A stretch of DNA of 64,000 nt from Eledone cirrhosa (GCA_964016885.1 OZ024743.1:161696001-161760000); one strand, 5' to 3'; positions 43,650 to 56,742 are shown, numbered from the stretch's first letter. Program-made: numbers and translations. Notes: a model not told the origin generated them from the sequence alone.

Positions 43650-44330
43650 AGAGATGACAATTGATGTTTTGATGTTACTTTTAAATTTTTGCAAATTGTA
43701 GTGGTCAGGAAAGCAAGAAGCTGGAAGAGAATTCCATGGGTCATACGATGGAAGAAACTATCAGAATAGAATTTTCAATTATATTGAGGGACTTCAACTG
43801 AAAATGCATGAAACCTAGCCACCAATCTGGTGTGCCGTTTAGACTCATGAAGGCAACAAAGAAGAGAGTTCATCAGAACAATTCTAGTGAAAATATTTAT
43901 GAAAAAGGCAAAGAGAGGAAACATTTCAATTATGTGAAAGTGATTGAAGCTGAGATGATGTGTCAGGACCAATAATGTTTATGATTCTACTTTAGATTTT
44001 ACCTTGACTCTCAAAGTGCATGGCAGAAGCACCAGACCTGATGAGGCAACAGTACTCAATACTAAAACAAATGGTAGATTTATAAAGATATAAAATATTT
44101 TCAAGTGTGAAAACTTTTTTGACATGATAGAGCGAACCAACTTTCTGGGAAGCAGACTTGGCAATCAATACAATATAATTATTCCAGCTCAAATCATTGG
44201 AAGATATGAGTCCAAAAAGGTGTATAAAGTTGCTCTGATGGAAGATATGATCAGCCATATTAATGGAGGCCAAAAGCAGTTCTCTATGGCATTAAAGGTA
44301 ACAAGCAGGAAAAAGGTGGACATAAAAACG
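43650..44330 (-). mobile_element. Old CR1/L2-group LINE RT C-terminal relic
   Basis: ORF 43992-44273 reads LFGLISSNDLSWNNYI..IAKSASQKVGSL..LYLYKSTI...IEYCC, typical of the CR1-group RT thumb. Confidence 0.7.
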
Positions 44331-44817
44331 ATAATGATAATGATGTATTTCATTTTAAATATGGTAATGAAAGGTTTAAGCCACCATAGCCAGCCTATCA
44401 GATAACCTCAGATAGCTCAGGGCATTGTTAGTCATATTGTTAGTTGTCTGGTTACATTGTTGTTCATTGGAGTCTGGGTTTTTACAGCTTGGTTTCAGTG
44501 CCATATTGAGATATATAATTTTATCTGAGATTCTTCAATGTTATATACTCTTATTGTCTTATGAAACCTGTGTGTTATACCTCAAATATCAAAGCAGTTT
44601 TATCATAACTACCATGATCACTAACATCATAATCATCATCATCACTACAATCATAACAGTAGTATCATCAAAATGAATAGCTTAGCTGTCTTAGAACAAC
44701 AGCTATGCTGGATGGTTATCACATCAAACAGGCACCAAATTGTCAATGTTTTCTGGAAGAAATCCAAAGTGCATGTATGTGGGCATGTATGTATGTGTAT
44801 GTATATACATATATATA

Positions 44818-45131
44818 TCATCATCATCATCGTTTAACGTCTATCTTCCACGCTAGCATGGGTTTAGACGGGAATTGTCCCACTTGAGGCAAGATTGGTC
44901 GTCTTGCTCTTATAGGACTGTCTGGCAGGTTTTCTACGGCTGGATGCCCTTCCTAACACCAACCACATTTACAGTGTGGACTGGGAGGTTTTTACCGTGT
45001 TACCTACAAGGCCACATTACAGCGTGGACTGTGTTTTTTTTGTTGTGACACCTACACGACATCATTTATTTAGGACTGGATGTTGTGGTACCAACATAAC
45101 TTTACAGAGAAAGGGGTGGTGTTGATGGGGG
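44818..45131 (-). mobile_element. RTE subfamily A 3' UTR plus tail
   Basis: Reverse complement of about 2160-2470, flanked by TA. Confidence 0.88.
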
Positions 45132-45291
45132 TATATATATATATATAATATGTGTGTGTTACTGTGTATATATATATTATATATAGGAAAATCTTGAACA
45201 TTTTCCTATTACCCACTCGACTACCCTAAGTATTAAGTACTCTGGTGCGTTATGGTCCACCTGGTACCTTACCACAACTCCTTTGTTATGT

Positions 45292-45323
<32 letters not shown>

Positions 45324-45660
45324 ATATATATAATATGTGTGTGTTACTGTATATATATATATATATAATATATGTGTATATATATATATGTGTGTGTTAC
45401 TGTGTATATATATATTATATATATATATGTGTGTGTGTTTCTGTGTATATATGTTATAGAATGCCGTTAGCTTCTTGCTAAAACAATCTCTATACCTCTC
45501 ATTTATATATTATATATATATAGATATATGTGTGTGTGTTACTGTGTATATATATATTATATATATATATATATATATATGTGTGTTACTGTGTATATAT
45601 ATATTATATATATATATATGTATGTGTGTTACTGTGTATATATATAATATATATATATAT

Positions 45661-46303
45661 AAATAGAAAAAATTAAACGAAATTTCATTTCTCACTCTTA
45701 GTACGGCTGTTACATATATATAGTACGGCTGTTACATATATATATATATACGTACATACATATATGTATACAGACGTACAATAGTATGTATACATACATG
45801 CAAACATATATATATATGTACGTATGGGTTTACCGAACATTTATTATAATGCTCAGTTTGTTTGTTTGTACGTATACATACTTATATTTAAGTAACAGCC
45901 GTACTAAGAGTGAGAAATGAAATTTTGTTTCATTTTTTTCCATTTATCGTTTTCGGTGCGCCCGGCCGGCTAACTCACTCGATATGCAAATTAGGCTGCT
46001 CAGCCGTTAATATGCATAAGGAAAGTATATACTTTCAGACGTTCAATCATCTGGCAGGAAGGTATACGATGCTGATGATAGCTAATAAGCTTGAAACTAG
46101 TACATCGTTCCTTTGTCTGTGTTGAACAAAAGGGCAACGATGGTTGCTAAACACTGTACGGCTTATTTCGGAATGTTTGTTTACAAACAAAGCGAGCATT
46201 ATAATAAATGTTCGATAAACCCATACGTACATATATATATGTATGTATATATATATACATACTACTGTATGTCTGTATACATATATGTATGTACGTATAC
46301 ATA
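45661..46303. mobile_element. Hammerhead-bearing retroelement (family 2): inverted partial arm plus one full ~423-nt circularly permuted monomer
   Basis: Minus arm 45661-45865. Plus arm 45867-46303 is bounded by the terminal redundancy TGTACGTATACATA (45867-45880, 46290-46303). Confidence 0.82.
46066..46108 (+). ncRNA. Minimal type I hammerhead ribozyme
   Basis: ACGATG CTGATGA T AGCT aata AGCT T GAAA CTAG TA CATCGT, GUA triplet. Stem I extends via AGG-TA bulge / CCT. Confidence 0.8.
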
Positions 46304-46324
46304 TATATATATATATGTGTGTTA

Positions 46325-46362
<38 letters not shown>

Positions 46363-47177
46363 TACTGTGTATATATATTATATATATATAATATATATGT
46401 GTGTTACTGTGTATATATATATATATATTATATATATATATATATATATATCATCATCATTTCATTTTACGTCCACTTTTCCCTGCTTGCAAGGGTGGGA
46501 TGGGAACTGATTTTGGCTTGATTTCTACAGCTGAGTAAACTTAGGGTGAGAAGAGGGTAAAGAGTCATAAGATTGGTAGATATATACAGGACCAAAGGAC
46601 TCCTTTTTATGTAGGGAGCATATTATAGTGAGTAGGGAGTGGATGGGTGAGAGAACATCAAAGGGTGGTAATGGGAGGGTTGTCAGATCCCAAGCTGTTC
46701 CAGTTATGTCATTAGTGAAGTCCCATGAATATAAGTAAGAATGGATGTGAGTGATTAAAACAGTAAGGAGGGAGATTGGGGAGTGGAGAGAAGCAGATCA
46801 AAGTAGGGGAGACAGCAGGAAAACCAAGAGAGAGGGTCGAAGGAAGGTGCATATTGGCATACAACATACACACATAGGAGTACCAGATTTGTGGCTAGAT
46901 CTCATCAATTTACAGCTGAAGTTCCGAAATGTAATCACAAATTCTGAACTGATAGTTTCTTCCTTTACACATGTCAGCTATGGAATTCTCTTCCAAATTC
47001 TTGCTTTCCTGATCACTACAATTTGCAAAAATTCAAAAGCAACCTCAATTCCATCCCCTTTCTCCTTGAATTGTGTTCTCCCTATCTTGTCCTTTTCTAT
47101 TCTCAATATCCCCTTGTATTTTAGTAGCTTCATAGCCTTACTTGGAGTGAGTACTTTTTTTAATGCATACATATATA

Positions 47178-47476
47178 CATCATCATCATTTTACGTCCGC
47201 TTTTCCCTGCTTGCAAGGGTTGGATGGGTCCTATTCAGCACAGCATCTCTCCACTTGTCACGGTCCTTCGTCATCTCCTTGGTGAGTTTCAGCCATCTGA
47301 GGTCTGCTCTCCCCACCTCCGCCCATGTTTTTCGTGGTCTACCTCTACTGCGTCTTCCTTCTACTGGGATTTCTTGGCACCTCTTTACCCAGCGGTCATC
47401 CTCCTTGAGCATCACATGTCCATACCATCTCAGCCTTCTCTCCTGCACACCACAACTTATCCCTCTTATACCCAAT
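47178..47476 (-). mobile_element. RTE subfamily C 3' end
   Basis: ORF 47191-47475 contains [16 protein letters not shown], followed by a (CAT)n tail. Confidence 0.88.
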
Positions 47477-49284
47477 TATACAATGCACAACATATATACA
47501 TACAATACACAACATATATACATATAATACACAACATATATACATACAATACACACACAATTATTAGATTTCTTTAATGTACTTGTTAGCACAACATTTT
47601 TGTAATGTGTTAAGTTGTTTGTTCAATTAAAATGATGCAAGATAACTATTGGTAAAGAATGTAATAATGGTGACTGGATCACATTTTGGCTCAGATTCAA
47701 TAATGTTACACAGCTTTTAGACAGCTTAACTACCATACAGTCACACTGGATAGTCTAAAAATATATTTGAAAATTCGGTTGTGTGTGTGTGTGTACATGA
47801 GAGAGGGAGGGGGGAAGAGAAGGGGAGAGAGAGACTGTGTGGGGCATTTGAAGTATGGGGAAGGCTTTGATAAACAAGAAAGAATTTTAGTATTGTTTGA
47901 AAGACATCCCGATACTCCTGTGTAAATATTTACATACATCTCATCTAAACCCATGCTAGCGTGGAAGATAGACATTAAATGATGATGATGATGAAGGAGT
48001 AAAACCAATTGCTGTTGCTTAGACATTGTATTTCAAACCCCAGCACTATGAAACTGCATCTTCTTGCCTTTTTCAGTTATTCACAGAAACAGTTAAAATG
48101 TTCTCAGTACAATTTAAGCCTTTCGTTGCCATATTTCTAATGAAAGACAGGCTATGATTTTCAAATTATTTTGAAAATAATAAAGCATTTGGAGAGATTT
48201 AGTAATATAACTTACAAAGGTTATTCCATAAAATTAATATAACTTAAAGTTTCTTCCATAAAAGTATGATAAATGGTGAAAGGGTTCTAGATAAATATAA
48301 TCACTTTAAAATAAACATCTTTTTGTATGTAGGGAGAAACCTTTCGTTGTTAACAGTGGGAGTGGCACTCTAAACCTTTTCCATCTTATTCTAGCTATTA
48401 TGTTCTCCGCTGCTAATAGGGTCACCTAGATAACAAAAGCTATCAAGCACTTCTATGGATCCTTCATGTGATTGAAAAAGGTTTATGTCACTAACACTCT
48501 TCCCATCAATTACCTCTGTGAATCTAGTACAATATAACCACCAAATTCAATAATTTTATTTGGTGGTGGTGGTGGTGGGGATTTGCTGGGATAACTCACT
48601 CCTGCACTACCATCCATGCTAGAGGATTGGTTACTAATTCAGCCAAACAAATTAAAATTTCTGAAAACGTATGCATTTACCCTTCAGTTTTACTTCTTTT
48701 TGTTACCATTTGACTGCTGCAAACAAGCTGAGAGCCTTCCTTTTGATCATTTTCATCATTTTACTTAACCTTTTCATTCCCATCTTTCATATGGAAAACA
48801 CTTCCTATAATTTTAAAATTATTTTGAAAATAGTCAAGAATATGGATGAATTTAGTAATATAACTAACTTTAAAACAAACAGTTCTGTATTGTAGAAGCA
48901 GTTTGATATCAAAAGAGTTAGAGGAATGCACTTCTGATTGCAATTTTTTATCCAAATTGACAAAAGATGTTCCATTTCTATCACAGTCATGATTGTGTCT
49001 CATGTTATTTGGAAATTCCCTGATGAAATAGTTTATTATGTATGGGTTTTATAAAGCTATGTGTTTTGAAAAATATTATACACTGTTTATTTTCTGATAA
49101 CATGGTTGCACCCCTTTCAAGCTTCTTAATTATCTCTAATTTTTTTATTCTAATTCTATAACTTTCTTCTACATCTGAGCATGTTCACCATTTGTACTAG
49201 TGGTATTCACTCATTCAAAATCATGATAATAAATTGAAGGTTTGGAAATACAGTAAACTTGTAATTAAATAGCACAGTTCTCTG

Positions 49285-49454
49285 GTAGAGGGTCGGATGC
49301 CATGCTTTGCAGCATAGAGTTAAGCCCCTTTACGGTCTGAGTTCAAATCCTGCCATGGTTAACTTTGCCTTTTATCCTTACAAGGTCGATAAAATAAAGT
49401 ACCAGTAATGCACTGGGATAATTGCTGGCCTTATGCCAAAAGTAGAAACAATTA
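49285..49454 (+). mobile_element. tRNA/Nin-type SINE
   Basis: Same sequence family as 41943-42133. Confidence 0.75.
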
Positions 49455-49496
49455 TATAAATTCACACCACATCTTGAAGAAACACAAAATATATAT

Positions 49497-50105
49497 TCCT
49501 TCCTAGATGCTCACTCCCCCTGTTGCAGACTGCGCATCAACAGGAGATATTCTTCTCCGCAAAGTTCGATCACCAACAGCAGAGTTTAGAGAGGAAAGGT
49601 CAAGTCCAGTCCATAAGTTGACAGCCAGCGTTTTGGCTGTCAACCCTCACTTCTCTTACCGGCTAACTTTCCTTCTAGGCATAACTTACTCACACCACAA
49701 GTTGATCTTTTGATATGACTATTCTGTTTAAGTACTCTTGACTTGATAATTGATGTGATTGGTTTAAGCTTGGTAATGTTAAGTAGCTCATTGATAAAGA
49801 TATGGTCCCTGGGTTGTGTGTTAGTCACAAGTCTCATGATATGGTTTTAGAATGTAGAGAGCTTCTGAAGTGACCTTATTGTCCAGTTGACACAATCAAG
49901 ACCATATAACACAACTTGTAGGATGTAAGTGTCAAAGATCATGGCCTTCAAATGATAAGAAACTCATTTTGATGTTAGCACTTCTTTGTTCCTGTTGAAA
50001 GCTACCTAACGTAGAGCGATGTGATACTGCACAGCGACCATACCATTGTTATTTGATGACAGCTTGTGATCGACATACAAACTCTGTAACTTGAGCAATT
50101 TGCTG
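49497..50105 (-). mobile_element. Old RTE-1-like LINE, 3' part of RT
   Basis: Minus strand reads QQIAQVTEFVY..HKLS..AFNRNKEVL..LEGKLAGKRSEG..PKRW. It continues seamlessly from 56814-56928. Confidence 0.75.
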
Positions 50106-51399
50106 ATATGATACTATCTGCAGAGGCATAAAAGAGGTATCTAAAGAGATTTTATCTAAGGAAAGCCTTTCCATTCCACAGTGGATGTCACAACAAACAA
50201 ACAAAGCAATATTTGAAAAACATAGAATCAGAAGAAAATGTGGGCATACATCAACCAAATATAGAATAGTGAAGGCTAAATCCAAGAAACTTGTTAAATC
50301 AGACAAACTTAAGCAAATGTACAACATTGAGGAGCTGAATAACCTTCCTCCCCTCAAGTTATATCATGCTGTTTTGAAGAAACTAAAGACTAAATCAAGA
50401 AAGCTTAGGTGGGTTATCAAAGATTCAAATTGTGCTATTCTCACTAGCAATGATGATATCCATGGACGCTGGGCCAAATTCTATGATGAACTGTACTTCA
50501 GCAACTCAGATTTGACATCAGATGTTATTTCACCTAACTTAACTAGTGAGATATCTCATACCATCAACAATTTGAAGCAAGTAAAAAGCCCTGGACTTGA
50601 CAACATACACTCAGAATTTATCAAAGCTGGAGGTGAACCACTTATCAAAGCACTTCAACATCTTAACTCTATTATCACTGCAGGAAAAAGCCTAGACATG
50701 TTCAAGAAAGCATTGATAGTTGTACTCTACAAAAAAGTTAACAGACTTGATTGTGGGAACTATCATCCTATCAGCCTACTGAGTCATGTTTACAAGCTTT
50801 TCATGAGTATCTTTGCAGCATGAGTGAAATCAGACCTTTATGCCTCATTTCCCGAAACACAAGCTGTGTATCAACCTGGAAGAGGCACCATTGCATAGAT
50901 CCAAGCTATGGAATATATCATTGAGAAATCAATAGAATTCAACAACCCTGTGTACATCACTTTCATTGACTTCACAAAAGCTTTTGACAATGTGAAACTA
51001 CCCAGCTTATGGCAACTCTTAAACAAAACCTCAATTAACAAGAAATACATCAACCTACTTAAAGAAACTTACACCAACTCAACAGCAAATATCAAAACAG
51101 ATCTGGGAACTACGCAGTGTATCTTGAAGGGAAGTAAGCAGGGGGGTGTACTATCAGCACTTCTTTTCTGTATAGTTATAGCTGTACTTATCTACCAAAC
51201 TGAAGAAGAATGTTCCTCTGGCTATCAAATAGGAGGTCAAATCCTATCAAATCTTAGCTATGCAGACAATCTGACCATCATGAGTTACTCTAGAATTGAT
51301 CTGCAAAACTTTCTCAATGTACTGGCCAAACATGCACAAGGGGTTGCTTACGCATCAACATCTCCAAAACGAAGTGTATGACAACTGATAAAAATAATG
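50106..51399 (+). mobile_element. Same RTE-1-like LINE, linker plus RT core, in opposite orientation
   Basis: ORFs 50185-50823 (KSPGLDNI, NYHPISLLSHVYKLF) and 50908-51381 (FIDFTKAFD, KQGGVLS, SYADN). Confidence 0.85.
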
Positions 51400-54300
51400 T
51401 ACACGTGTGTGTATTCATATGCATACTAGTATTTCAGTATACATATGTGGATGTACATTTTTAACTTAATTGTTTAAGCGTCAGTCATACAAAAGTGAGT
51501 TACAAACGAAACGAAATTTAATTTCGTTTCGTTATTTGTTTTTATCGTCTCCGTTGAACCGGTACGTACTCACGCTCTATGCAAATTGGTCTGCCCACTA
51601 CTAATTTTCATAGAAAAAGCATATAACGATATGTGCTTTCACGATTCTCTAGAGAAGCCGGAAGATAGGTAAATATTGCTGATGAGATGTAACAACATCG
51701 AAACTAGTCCAATATTCCTTGTCTGGCTTTCTGGAGAATAGAGGAAAGGTGTTTCCTCAAAAACCAGTATGACTCTAAGAACCGGTTTGTCTGTGTGTCT
51801 ACATACGGAATAGCTGGACACTCACAGTAAAGTGACCAGTGAAAACTCGGTACATCTACATATGTACACGTGTGTGTATTCATATGCATACTAGTATTTC
51901 AGTATACATATGTGGATGTACATTTTTAACTTAATTGTTTAAGCGTCAGTCATACAAAAGTGAGTTACAAACGAAACGAAATTTAATTTCGTTTCGTTAT
52001 TTGTTTTTATCGTCTCCGTTGAACCGGTACGTACTCACGCTCTATGCAAATTGGTCTGCCCACTACTAATTTTCATAGAAAAAGCATATAACGATATGTG
52101 CTTTCACGATTCTCTAGAGAAGCCGGAAGATAGGTAAATATTGCTGATGAGATGTAACAACATCGAAACTAGTCCAATATTCCTTGTCTGGCTTTCTGGA
52201 GAATAGAGGAAAGGTGTTTCCTCAAAAACCAGTATGACTCTAAGAACCGGTTTGTCTGTGTGTCTACATACGGAATAGCTGGACACTCACAGTAAAGTGA
52301 CCAGTGAAAACTCGGTACATCTACATATGTACACGTGTGTGTATTCATATGCATACTAGTATTTCAGTATACATATGTGGATGTACATTTTTAACTTAAT
52401 TGTTTAAGCGTCAGTCATACAAAAGTGAGTTACAAACGAAACGAAATTTAATTTCGTTTCGTTATTTGTTTTTATCGTCTCCGTTGAACCGGTACGTACT
52501 CACGCTCTATGCAAATTGGTCTGCCCACTACTAATTTTCATAGAAAAAGCATATAACGATATGTGCTTTCACGATTCTCTAGAGAAGCCGGAAGATAGGT
52601 AAATATTGCTGATGAGATGTAACAACATCGAAACTAGTCCAATATTCCTTGTCTGGCTTTCTGGAGAATAGAGGAAAGGTGTTTCCTCAAAAACCAGTAT
52701 GACTCTAAGAACCGGTTTGTCTGTGTGTCTACATACGGAATAGCTGGACACTCACAGTAAAGTGACCAGTGAAAACTCGGTACATCTACATATGTACACG
52801 TGTGTGTATTCATATGCATACTAGTATTTCAGTATACATATGTGGATGTACATTTTTAACTTAATTGTTTAAGCGTCAGTCATACAAAAGTGAGTTACAA
52901 ACGAAACGAAATTTAATTTCGTTTCGTTATTTGTTTTTATCGTCTCCGTTGAACCGGTACGTACTCACGCTCTATGCAAATTGGTCTGCCCACTACTAAT
53001 TTTCATAGAAAAAGCATATAACGATATGTGCTTTCACGATTCTCTAGAGAAGCCGGAAGATAGGTAAATATTGCTGATGAGATGTAACAACATCGAAACT
53101 AGTCCAATATTCCTTGTCTGGCTTTCTGGAGAATAGAGGAAAGGTGTTTCCTCAAAAACCAGTATGACTCTAAGAACCGGTTTGTCTGTGTGTCTACATA
53201 CGGAATAGCTGGACACTCACAGTAAAGTGACCAGTGAAAACTCGGTACATCTACATATGTACACGTGTGTGTATTCATATGCATACTAGTATTTCAGTAT
53301 ACATATGTGGATGTACATTTTTAACTTAATTGTTTAAGCGTCAGTCATACAAAAGTGAGTTACAAACGAAACGAAATTTAATTTCGTTTCGTTATTTGTT
53401 TTTATCGTCTCCGTTGAACCGGTACGTACTCACGCTCTATGCAAATTGGTCTGCCCACTACTAATTTTCATAGAAAAAGCATATAACGATATGTGCTTTC
53501 ACGATTCTCTAGAGAAGCCGGAAGATAGGTAAATATTGCTGATGAGATGTAACAACATCGAAACTAGTCCAATATTCCTTGTCTGGCTTTCTGGAGAATA
53601 GAGGAAAGGTGTTTCCTCAAAAACCAGTATGACTCTAAGAACCGGTTTGTCTGTGTGTCTACATACGGAATAGCTGGACACTCACAGTAAAGTGACCAGT
53701 GAAAACTCGGTACATCTACATATGTACACGTGTGTGTATTCATATGCATACTAGTATTTCAGTATACATATGTGGATGTACATTTTTAACTTAATTGTTT
53801 AAGCGTCAGTCATACAAAAGTGAGTTACAAACGAAACGAAATTTAATTTCGTTTCGTTATTTGTTTTTATCGTCTCCGTTGAACCGGTACGTACTCACGC
53901 TCTATGCAAATTGGTCTGCCCACTACTAATTTTCATAGAAAAAGCATATAACGATATGTGCTTTCACGATTCTCTAGAGAAGCCGGAAGATAGGTAAATA
54001 TTGCTGATGAGATGTAACAACATCGAAACTAGTCCAATATTCCTTGTCTGGCTTTCTGGAGAATAGAGGAAAGGTGTTTCCTCAAAAACCAGTATGACTC
54101 TAAGAACCGGTTTGTCTGTGTGTCTACATACGGAATAGCTGGACACTCACAGTAAAGTGACCAGTGAAAACTCGGTACATCTACATATGTACACGTGTGT
54201 GTATTCATATGCATACTAGTATTTCAGTATACATATGTGGATGTACATTTTTAACTTAATTGTTTAAGCGTCAGTCATACAAAAGTGAGTTACAAACGAA

Positions 54301-56580
54301 ACGAAATTTAATTTCGTTTCGTTATTTGTTTTTATCGTCTCCGTTGAACCGGTACGTACTCACGCTCTATGCAAATTGGTCTGCCCACTACTAATTTTCA
54401 TAGAAAAAGCATATAACGATATGTGCTTTCACGATTCTCTAGAGAAGCCGGAAGATAGGTAAATATTGCTGATGAGATGTAACAACATCGAAACTAGTCC
54501 AATATTCCTTGTCTGGCTTTCTGGAGAATAGAGGAAAGGTGTTTCCTCAAAAACCAGTATGACTCTAAGAACCGGTTTGTCTGTGTGTCTACATACGGAA
54601 TAGCTGGACACTCACAGTAAAGTGACCAGTGAAAACTCGGTACATCTACATATGTACACGTGTGTGTATTCATATGCATACTAGTATTTCAGTATACATA
54701 TGTGGATGTACATTTTTAACTTAATTGTTTAAGCGTCAGTCATACAAAAGTGAGTTACAAACGAAACGAAATTTAATTTCGTTTCGTTATTTGTTTTTAT
54801 CGTCTCCGTTGAACCGGTACGTACTCACGCTCTATGCAAATTGGTCTGCCCACTACTAATTTTCATAGAAAAAGCATATAACGATATGTGCTTTCACGAT
54901 TCTCTAGAGAAGCCGGAAGATAGGTAAATATTGCTGATGAGATGTAACAACATCGAAACTAGTCCAATATTCCTTGTCTGGCTTTCTGGAGAATAGAGGA
55001 AAGGTGTTTCCTCAAAAACCAGTATGACTCTAAGAACCGGTTTGTCTGTGTGTCTACATACGGAATAGCTGGACACTCACAGTAAAGTGACCAGTGAAAA
55101 CTCGGTACATCTACATATGTACACGTGTGTGTATTCATATGCATACTAGTATTTCAGTATACATATGTGGATGTACATTTTTAACTTAATTGTTTAAGCG
55201 TCAGTCATACAAAAGTGAGTTACAAACGAAACGAAATTTAATTTCGTTTCGTTATTTGTTTTTATCGTCTCCGTTGAACCGGTACGTACTCACGCTCTAT
55301 GCAAATTGGTCTGCCCACTACTAATTTTCATAGAAAAAGCATATAACGATATGTGCTTTCACGATTCTCTAGAGAAGCCGGAAGATAGGTAAATATTGCT
55401 GATGAGATGTAACAACATCGAAACTAGTCCAATATTCCTTGTCTGGCTTTCTGGAGAATAGAGGAAAGGTGTTTCCTCAAAAACCAGTATGACTCTAAGA
55501 ACCGGTTTGTCTGTGTGTCTACATACGGAATAGCTGGACACTCACAGTAAAGTGACCAGTGAAAACTCGGTACATCTACATATGTACACGTGTGTGTATT
55601 CATATGCATACTAGTATTTCAGTATACATATGTGGATGTACATTTTTAACTTAATTGTTTAAGCGTCAGTCATACAAAAGTGAGTTACAAACGAAACGAA
55701 ATTTAATTTCGTTTCGTTATTTGTTTTTATCGTCTCCGTTGAACCGGTACGTACTCACGCTCTATGCAAATTGGTCTGCCCACTACTAATTTTCATAGAA
55801 AAAGCATATAACGATATGTGCTTTCACGATTCTCTAGAGAAGCCGGAAGATAGGTAAATATTGCTGATGAGATGTAACAACATCGAAACTAGTCCAATAT
55901 TCCTTGTCTGGCTTTCTGGAGAATAGAGGAAAGGTGTTTCCTCAAAAACCAGTATGACTCTAAGAACCGGTTTGTCTGTGTGTCTACATACGGAATAGCT
56001 GGACACTCACAGTAAAGTGACCAGTGAAAACTCGGTACATCTACATATGTACACGTGTGTGTATTCATATGCATACTAGTATTTCAGTATACATATGTGG
56101 ATGTACATTTTTAACTTAATTGTTTAAGCGTCAGTCATACAAAAGTGAGTTACAAACGAAACGAAATTTAATTTCGTTTCGTTATTTGTTTTTATCGTCT
56201 CCGTTGAACCGGTACGTACTCACGCTCTATGCAAATTGGTCTGCCCACTACTAATTTTCATAGAAAAAGCATATAACGATATGTGCTTTCACGATTCTCT
56301 AGAGAAGCCGGAAGATAGGTAAATATTGCTGATGAGATGTAACAACATCGAAACTAGTCCAATATTCCTTGTCTGGCTTTCTGGAGAATAGAGGAAAGGT
56401 GTTTCCTCAAAAACCAGTATGACTCTAAGAACCGGTTTGTCTGTGTGTCTACATACGGAATAGCTGGACACTCACAGTAAAGTGACCAGTGAAAACTCGG
56501 TACATCTACATATGTACACGTGTGTGTATTCATATGCATACTAGTATTTCAGTATACATATGTGGATGTACATTTTTAAC

Positions 56581-56586
<6 letters not shown>
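51397..56586 (+). repeat. Tandem array of 11 x 465-bp units plus 75 bp, each with a hammerhead ribozyme (candidate non-LTR retrozyme multimer)
   Basis: Exact 465-bp period (51397, 51862 ...). Units appear identical by eye, and identical short ORFs recur 11 times in the ORF track. Confidence 0.97.
51672..51716 (+). ncRNA. Canonical minimal type I hammerhead ribozyme (first of 11, repeating every 465 bp to 56322-56366)
   Basis: Stem I AATATTG/CAATATT, core CTGATGA, stem II GATG-taacaa-CATC, GAAA, palindromic stem III ACTAGT, GUC triplet. Predicted cut after 51709. Confidence 0.92.
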
Positions 56587-56622
<36 letters not shown>

Positions 56623-56656
56623 TATATAAATATAAATATATATATATATAATATAT

Positions 56657-56742
<86 letters not shown>

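Noticed and set aside
51639-56539. Repeated 60-aa and 61-aa minus-strand ORFs in the 465-bp array
   Set aside because: They are short, carry no recognisable motif and overlap the ribozyme antisense. They recur only because the unit repeats.
51397-56586. The array as a CRISPR, 5S rDNA, tRNA or snRNA gene cluster
   Set aside because: There are no variable spacers and no 5S, tRNA or U-snRNA sequence that I recognise. The context is eukaryotic, and the hammerhead explains the unit better.
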